DNA from: Clostridia bacterium
GTDB taxonomy: Bacteria; Bacillota; Clostridia; UBA1212; DUPL01
DNA: 64,000 bases
Assembly (NCBI GenBank): GCA_050951325.1
Contig: JBMNIW010000005.1
Coordinates: forward strand, 256,024 to 320,023
Direction: 5' to 3'
Shown here: positions 59,164 through 64,000 of the stretch, piece after piece
How the letters are laid out: each line of letters begins with the position of its first letter
Position numbering within the stretch: the stretch's first letter is position 1
Notes under the pieces: model-generated
The model's database searches: none
What the model was told of the DNA's origin: nothing
What the model saw: only the letters and a program-made list of their open reading frames with translations
Position numbers and translations under genes: made by a program

Positions 59164-60007
59164 CATACTTTATCATGCCTCTTGCTGCCAAAGTTGCCTG
59201 TCCAACCGCTACGGATATCTGTTTGAAGTCTGATACGCAATCTCCTGCAGCAAAAATACCTGGGATGTTGGTCTGAAAATCCTCGTCTGTTTTTATTCTG
59301 TCGTTTTCAATTTCAATACCAAGTTTTCTTGCAAATTCAGCTCCTGCAGGTCTGTCAAGGGCGATAAACAAACCCTGCAAATCTTCTTCCGTATCGTCTT
59401 CAAAAACTACTTTCTCAAGTACGTTTTCGCCCTGCAGGGCTTTGATTTTCTTTGTTATTACCCTGTACTTGCTTTTCTCCACTTCCAGCTCTCTGCCATT
59501 TGTATAAATCGTAATATTTGGTGTAAATTTCTCCATTTCTTCCGCTTCGCTTATGGCATAGTCTTTGTTGCCCAGAATTCCAACCGCTTTCCCTCTGAAA
59601 AAGAAACCATCACAAGTTGTACAGTAGCTGACCCCTTTTCCTTCGAATTTCTTAATACCAGGAATTATTGCCGGAGGCAGTGGCTTTCCTGTAGCTATAA
59701 GTATTGTTTTTGCATTATATGTGTCGACATTGGTTTTTACATCAAAGCCGTTATCTGCATAGGATATGTTAAGAACGTGCGCAGTAAGTATCTTTGCGCC
59801 GAATCTCTTTGCCTGGCGCTCACCTTGTTCCAAAAGCTCACGTCCGCTGATTGTGTCCTCAAACCCAAAATAGTTGTCAACATGTATTGCCTTTAATAGA
59901 GCGGAATCGTTTTCACCTATTACTATTACGGACAATCCTGCTCTTGCAATGTATATGGCAGCCTGCAAACCTGCGGGACCTTTTCCTACCACTATTGCGT
60001 CATACAT
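59150..60007 (-). CDS. thioredoxin-reductase-like FAD/NAD(P)-dependent disulfide oxidoreductase
   Basis: FAD GxGxxG (IVVGKGPAGLQAA), redox-active CTTCDG, C-terminal GIFAAGDC. 285 aa. The 3' end overlaps the convergent CmpB-like gene by 14 nt. Confidence 0.8.
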   Translation of the reverse strand: MYDAIVVGKGPAGLQAAIYIARAGLSVIVIGENDSALLKAIHVDNYFGFEDTISGRELLEQGERQAKRFGAKILTAHVLNISYADNGFDVKTNVDTYNAKTILIATGKPLPPAIIPGIKKFEGKGVSYCTTCDGFFFRGKAVGILGNKDYAISEAEEMEKFTPNITIYTNGRELEVEKSKYRVITKKIKALQGENVLEKVVFEDDTEEDLQGLFIALDRPAGAEFARKLGIEIENDRIKTDEDFQTNIPGIFAAGDCVSDFKQISVAVGQATLAARGMIKYAKNA

Positions 60008-60082
60008 AAAAATTCCTCCTTTTAGAACTATTTTTAATTTTCCTACATATTATATACTAAAACATATCAGGAGGTAAAATTT

Positions 60083-60391
60083 ATGGCAAATTTATTTGAC
60101 AGGATCGATGGAAAGATTATGGAGGCGAAAATAGATCAGGGGATAGATATGCTGAAAAACAAAAGTCCTGACGAAATATCCAAGAAAATCTCAAAAATGG
60201 ATAAGGATGAAATAATGCAGAAGCTGGATGAGTTGGATGAAAAAAGGATAAAGGAATTGAACATTGATCTGGACAAAATTAAAAAGAAGATTACACCGGA
60301 AGACATAGAAAAAGCCAAAAAGATTGCTGGCAAAGACGGCGAGGTAATTATTAATCGTCTGCTTGAATTGCTTAAACAAGGTGGTAAATAA
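60083..60391 (+). CDS. hypothetical small highly charged (K/E/D-rich) helical protein
   Basis: 102 aa with SD GGAGG 8 nt upstream. Strongly periodic charged, coiled-coil-like composition. Confidence 0.5.
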   Translation: MANLFDRIDGKIMEAKIDQGIDMLKNKSPDEISKKISKMDKDEIMQKLDELDEKRIKELNIDLDKIKKKITPEDIEKAKKIAGKDGEVIINRLLELLKQGGK

Positions 60392-60756
60392 TGGACAAGG
60401 AAACCGAAGAAAAGCTGAAGCAACTGGGGAGTATGTTTGGAATAACTGAAATACCGGACAATTTGGGAGAAGTTCTGGAATCCTTTTTGTCAGGACAAAG
60501 CGATAATGCAAATGAAGAAAGTCAAAAAGAAGAGAAAAACGATACGGACCTGGGGATTGATATTGACGCGGATACTATAAGGTTAATTACTACTTTGAAA
60601 AAAAGCCTGGACAGAAATAAGAGTGATGATAAAGCCAGGCTTTTGAAAGCCTTGACTCCTTTTCTGAACGAAAAAAAACAACAGAAGGTGAATAATGCGC
60701 TAAAGCTGATTACATTTGCTGAAATTGCAAAAAACAAGGATTTATTAGGTCTTTAA
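60391..60756 (+). CDS. hypothetical small acidic protein
   Basis: 121 aa. The start overlaps the previous stop (TAATG), implying translational coupling. Confidence 0.5.
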   Translation: MDKETEEKLKQLGSMFGITEIPDNLGEVLESFLSGQSDNANEESQKEEKNDTDLGIDIDADTIRLITTLKKSLDRNKSDDKARLLKALTPFLNEKKQQKVNNALKLITFAEIAKNKDLLGL

Positions 60757-60822
60757 CTGGGGTTGATAAAATTGCCAGAAAACATCATAAATGACAATTA
60801 TGAAAACAATCCAGAGGTTGTA

Positions 60823-61095
60823 ATGGTATCTCCTCTGGATAACCCCTATGATTCCAAACCAGTACATGCTTCCAAAAAGAAAAAGCCAGGCGGCATGGGA
60901 AGCTTTATTGAAAACATACTGGACAGAATCAAACAGATATTGTCAAGGTTTTTGGGCAGGGATGTAGGTACAGATGACTTGCTACTTCTTGGCCTTATTC
61001 TTGTGCTGTTTTTTGAAAAAAGAAACAAGGATTCCTCAGACAGCGACGATATCGACTTGTTACTGATTGTTCTATTGTATTTGCTGATATCTTAA
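60823..61095 (+). CDS. hypothetical small protein with C-terminal hydrophobic/acidic tail (possible membrane anchor)
   Basis: ATG 60823 with GAGG 7 nt upstream. A TTG at 60763 would give a 110-aa version. C-terminal DDLLLLGLILVLFFEKRNKDSSDSDDIDLLLIVLLYLLIS. Confidence 0.4.
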   Translation: MVSPLDNPYDSKPVHASKKKKPGGMGSFIENILDRIKQILSRFLGRDVGTDDLLLLGLILVLFFEKRNKDSSDSDDIDLLLIVLLYLLIS

Positions 61096-61169
61096 TATCA
61101 AATTATTGATATGGACGCTGCCATATGTTACTATTGTAAAGTAAGACAATGTAAAAAGGAGTTTAAAAA

Positions 61170-62354
61170 ATGGACAAGCCAAAAATATTGGACATGAATG
61201 TTGGTGAAATGCCAAACTACAGGTATCTTTGCACATGTGGCAGAGAACACGGCGTTGATATAAACAGGATTGAGATGGGGAAGGGTGTAATTGAAAAGCT
61301 TCCTGAAATCATTCAAAAGTTCAAAGACAAAACTGTATTAATAGTATGTGATGACAACACATTTAAGATTGCAGGCGAAAGAGTCCAGAATATACTCGAA
61401 AGCAATGGTTTTAAAACAAGAATACATGTTGCATACTCACTAGACTATCCAATATTGATTCCTGATGCTTTTACAGTTGGAAGATTAATGATTGCAGCTG
61501 AAGATGATACGGGTCTAATTCTTGGTGTTGGTTCAGGTACAATAAATGATGTTTGCAAAATCGTTTCATATAAAATGAAACTAGACAGCGTTATCGTATG
61601 TACCGCTCCTTCCATGGACGGCTATGCGTCAACTTTGTCTCCACTTATCGTAGACAAGCAGAAAATTACGTATCCATCCCATTATCCTTATGCAATAGTT
61701 GCTGATGTTGACATAATGAAGGATGCACCATTGGAAATGCTCAGAGCGGGTTTTGGTGATATTGTTGGCAAATATACCGCTCTTACAGACTGGAGACTTA
61801 CAGTAATCGTCAACAAGGAGTACTACTGCGACACCACTGCAAAGCTGATGCAGAATGCAGTGGACAAGGTGGTGGAGAATACTGAAAGGTATTTTGCAAG
61901 AGAAGCGGATGCCATTTACAATGTAACTGAAGCCTTGATGCTGGCAGGCATCTCAATGGGCCTTGTAGGCATATCAAGACCTGCTTCAGGAAGCGAGCAT
62001 CATCTTGCTCACTTTTGGGAGCTTGATGCACTTGCCAAAGGAATAGAACATCCTCTTCATGGCAATTCTGTAGGTGTAGGCTCGATAATTACTTCGGAAG
62101 CGTACAGAATCATGAGCGAAAAGTTTGAGGAGCCGAAAGCTGCAAATCCGCCAAGTCCCGAGCTGCTAAGGGATATATACAGAAGAGCGGATATGCCTCT
62201 TACACCCAAGGAACTGGGCATTGAGAAGGACGTATTCCATAACAGTATAAGAAACGCTTACAGAATCCGACCAAGGTATACGATTTTCAATTATACGAAA
62301 GACAGGGCTCTGCTGGACAAGATGGCAGATGACCTTACCGACATATTCTATTAA
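61170..62354 (+). CDS. sn-glycerol-1-phosphate dehydrogenase family protein (AraM/EgsA-like, iron-containing ADH / DHQS-like fold)
   Basis: 394 aa with a glycine-rich NAD motif (GVGSGTINDV) and metal-binding His residues (HHLAHFWE...HG). The length equals that of Bacillus AraM. Confidence 0.75.
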   Translation: MDKPKILDMNVGEMPNYRYLCTCGREHGVDINRIEMGKGVIEKLPEIIQKFKDKTVLIVCDDNTFKIAGERVQNILESNGFKTRIHVAYSLDYPILIPDAFTVGRLMIAAEDDTGLILGVGSGTINDVCKIVSYKMKLDSVIVCTAPSMDGYASTLSPLIVDKQKITYPSHYPYAIVADVDIMKDAPLEMLRAGFGDIVGKYTALTDWRLTVIVNKEYYCDTTAKLMQNAVDKVVENTERYFAREADAIYNVTEALMLAGISMGLVGISRPASGSEHHLAHFWELDALAKGIEHPLHGNSVGVGSIITSEAYRIMSEKFEEPKAANPPSPELLRDIYRRADMPLTPKELGIEKDVFHNSIRNAYRIRPRYTIFNYTKDRALLDKMADDLTDIFY

Positions 62355-62365
62355 TTAAGAGGTGC

Positions 62366-63106
62366 TTGATGACTGAAATCTACAGATTTGACGGAAAAAC
62401 GACATCAAACGAAATAAAGATTATATACGAGGACAACCATATAATCTCAGTTGTCAAGCCTGCAGGCATTTTGAGCCAGGGGGATGCGTCACATGACACA
62501 GATCTCCTTTCCCTTTTGAAACAGGATTTGAAGACAAGATACAACAAACCTTATGACGCTTTTGTAGGCCTTGTTCATCGTCTTGACAGAAATACTGGTG
62601 GAACCATGGTATATGCAAAGACATCCAAGGGAGCTTCAAGATTGTCAAAGCAGCTTAGAGACAAGGAATTCAAAAAAGGATACTTTGCCATAGTTGACGG
62701 AATTGTGAAAAAGGACGGCAGACTGACAAACAAGCTTGAAAAGGACAGTAAAACAAACAAGGTGTATGAATCCGACGAGGGGAAACTGTCAATACTTGAA
62801 TACAAAGTTATTGATTGCATCGGAGATATGTCGTTGGTGTTTGTAATCCCGATTACGGGAAGAACCCATCAGATAAGGGCTCAGATGGCCTTTTTCGGTC
62901 ATCCTTTAATAGGAGATGTGAAATATGGGTATAAAAAGAACATGGGAGATTTTTTTGCCCTGTGGTCTTCCTGTATCAAGATAAAACATGTTACATTAGA
63001 CAAAAAACTTCTTTTGCAAAGTATACCTGAAAGGTCTAATGTATGGAGCAAGTTCAAGGAAAAAACATATATTGATGCATTAAACGAAATAGGAGATGTT
63101 TTATGA
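62366..63106 (+). CDS. RluA-family pseudouridine synthase
   Basis: Catalytic HRLDRNTGGTMVYAKT motif and the RluA/TruC core. 246 aa. Confidence 0.85.
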   Translation: MMTEIYRFDGKTTSNEIKIIYEDNHIISVVKPAGILSQGDASHDTDLLSLLKQDLKTRYNKPYDAFVGLVHRLDRNTGGTMVYAKTSKGASRLSKQLRDKEFKKGYFAIVDGIVKKDGRLTNKLEKDSKTNKVYESDEGKLSILEYKVIDCIGDMSLVFVIPITGRTHQIRAQMAFFGHPLIGDVKYGYKKNMGDFFALWSSCIKIKHVTLDKKLLLQSIPERSNVWSKFKEKTYIDALNEIGDVL

Positions 63107-64000
63107 AAGACAAAATGACTCTTGTTGCCACCGCTACATTTGGACTGGAAGCCATGGTGTCAAGAGAACTGAAATGGCTGGGATATACTGATCAGCATAC
63201 TGATAACGGAAGAATATACTTTACCGGAGATGCCGAGGCCATATGCAAAACAAACATGTGGCTAAGATGCGCAAACAGAATATATTTGCAAGTGGGCAAG
63301 TTCAAAGCCGAGACTTTCGAAGAACTGTTTCAAAACACCAAGGCATTGCCTTGGGAAGAATATCTTCCTGTTGACGCAAACTTTCCAGTGGATGGAAAGA
63401 GTGCAAAGTCAAAACTGTTCAGTGTATCCGACTGTCAGGCTATAGTTAAGAAAGCCATCGTTGAGCGATTGAAGCTTTTCTACGACAAGGAGATTTTCCC
63501 TGAGACGGGTGCAAGATATAAAATCGAGGTTGCACTGCAGAAGGATATTGCAACATTGTCAATTGACACAACAGGACACAGTCTGCACAAAAGGGGATAC
63601 CGTGAAGAAGTAGGGGATGCTCCAATCAAAGAGACTCTTGCAGCCGGCCTTTTGTATGTAAGCAGGTGGAAACCTGACAGAGCTTTGTTGGATCCGATGT
63701 GTGGTACAGGCACAATTCCCATTGAAGCTGCATTAATCGGAATGAATATTGCACCGGGTTTGAACCAGACTTTTGACGCTGAAAATTGGAAGCAGATGGA
63801 CAAGTCCTTGTGGAAGAAAACCAGGGAAGATGCCAGGAGCAGGATAAATCACGATGTCAACTTGCGCATCTATGCTTCCGACATAAACTACTTTGCTATT
63901 AAAAGTGCTATGGAAAATGCCAAAAGGGCAGGGGTGTTTGATAAAATCCATTTTCAGAAGATGGACTTTAGAGAGACCTCTTCCAGGTACAAATACGGAT
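63103..64000 (+). CDS. THUMP-domain class I SAM-dependent RNA methyltransferase (RlmKL N-half / YpsC-like), 3'-partial
   Basis: ATG 63103 overlaps the rluA-like stop. A THUMP region precedes the methyltransferase motif I (LLDPMCGTGTIPIEAAL). The ORF runs off the window end. Confidence 0.8.
   Translation, partial: MKDKMTLVATATFGLEAMVSRELKWLGYTDQHTDNGRIYFTGDAEAICKTNMWLRCANRIYLQVGKFKAETFEELFQNTKALPWEEYLPVDANFPVDGKSAKSKLFSVSDCQAIVKKAIVERLKLFYDKEIFPETGARYKIEVALQKDIATLSIDTTGHSLHKRGYREEVGDAPIKETLAAGLLYVSRWKPDRALLDPMCGTGTIPIEAALIGMNIAPGLNQTFDAENWKQMDKSLWKKTREDARSRINHDVNLRIYASDINYFAIKSAMENAKRAGVFDKIHFQKMDFRETSSRYKYG

Overview
This window looks like a 64 kb chromosomal segment from a low-GC, spore-forming Firmicute of class Clostridia. 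That placement rests on the spoIVA, spoIIP and CotF-like genes, the single large purL, and the pta-ackA pair. Most of the window is densely packed, mostly plus-strand housekeeping genes. Read by eye, these are pta-ackA, rpmF, der-plsY, spoIVA, metY-like, pepD, purL, pgm, dnaE, pfkA, pgsA, mutS2, aspS, spoIIP, lepA-hemW, ppiB-galE, rluA and a THUMP methyltransferase. I saw no rRNA, tRNA or CRISPR array.

Points that deserve attention:

1. dnaE is split by a +1 frameshift near 22590-22605.
2. A conserved-hypothetical gene at about 26.8 kb has an N-terminal coding extension with a strong Shine-Dalgarno site but no canonical start codon (the in-frame candidate is ATA). It overlaps a downstream gene for a J-domain/TPR protein with an unusual Cys-rich tail.
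3. A three-gene biotin-dependent transcarboxylase-like cluster (12S-like carboxyltransferase, 1.3S-like biotin carrier, 5S-like OadA/PycB) has neither an ATP-grasp biotin carboxylase nor a membrane Na+-pump subunit in the window.
4. A 1411-aa fused double BadF/BcrA/HgdC-type ATPase plus HgdB-like 'CoA-substrate-specific enzyme activase' is present.
5. A Bce-like module is present: an OmpR-type response regulator and an intramembrane-sensing kinase, divergent from a fused ABC ATPase-FtsX/MacB permease.
6. An accessory-looking patch at 52.7-57.1 kb carries a membrane-anchored exported protein, a tandem class II aldolase fusion, an orphan hypothetical translationally coupled (ATGA) to an IS1634-family transposase N-terminal remnant, and several strong hairpins.
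7. Three small, highly charged ORFs at 60.1-61.1 kb are of unknown function.

All calls come from reading the sequence and the supplied translations, and from recalled family motifs. No database search was possible.
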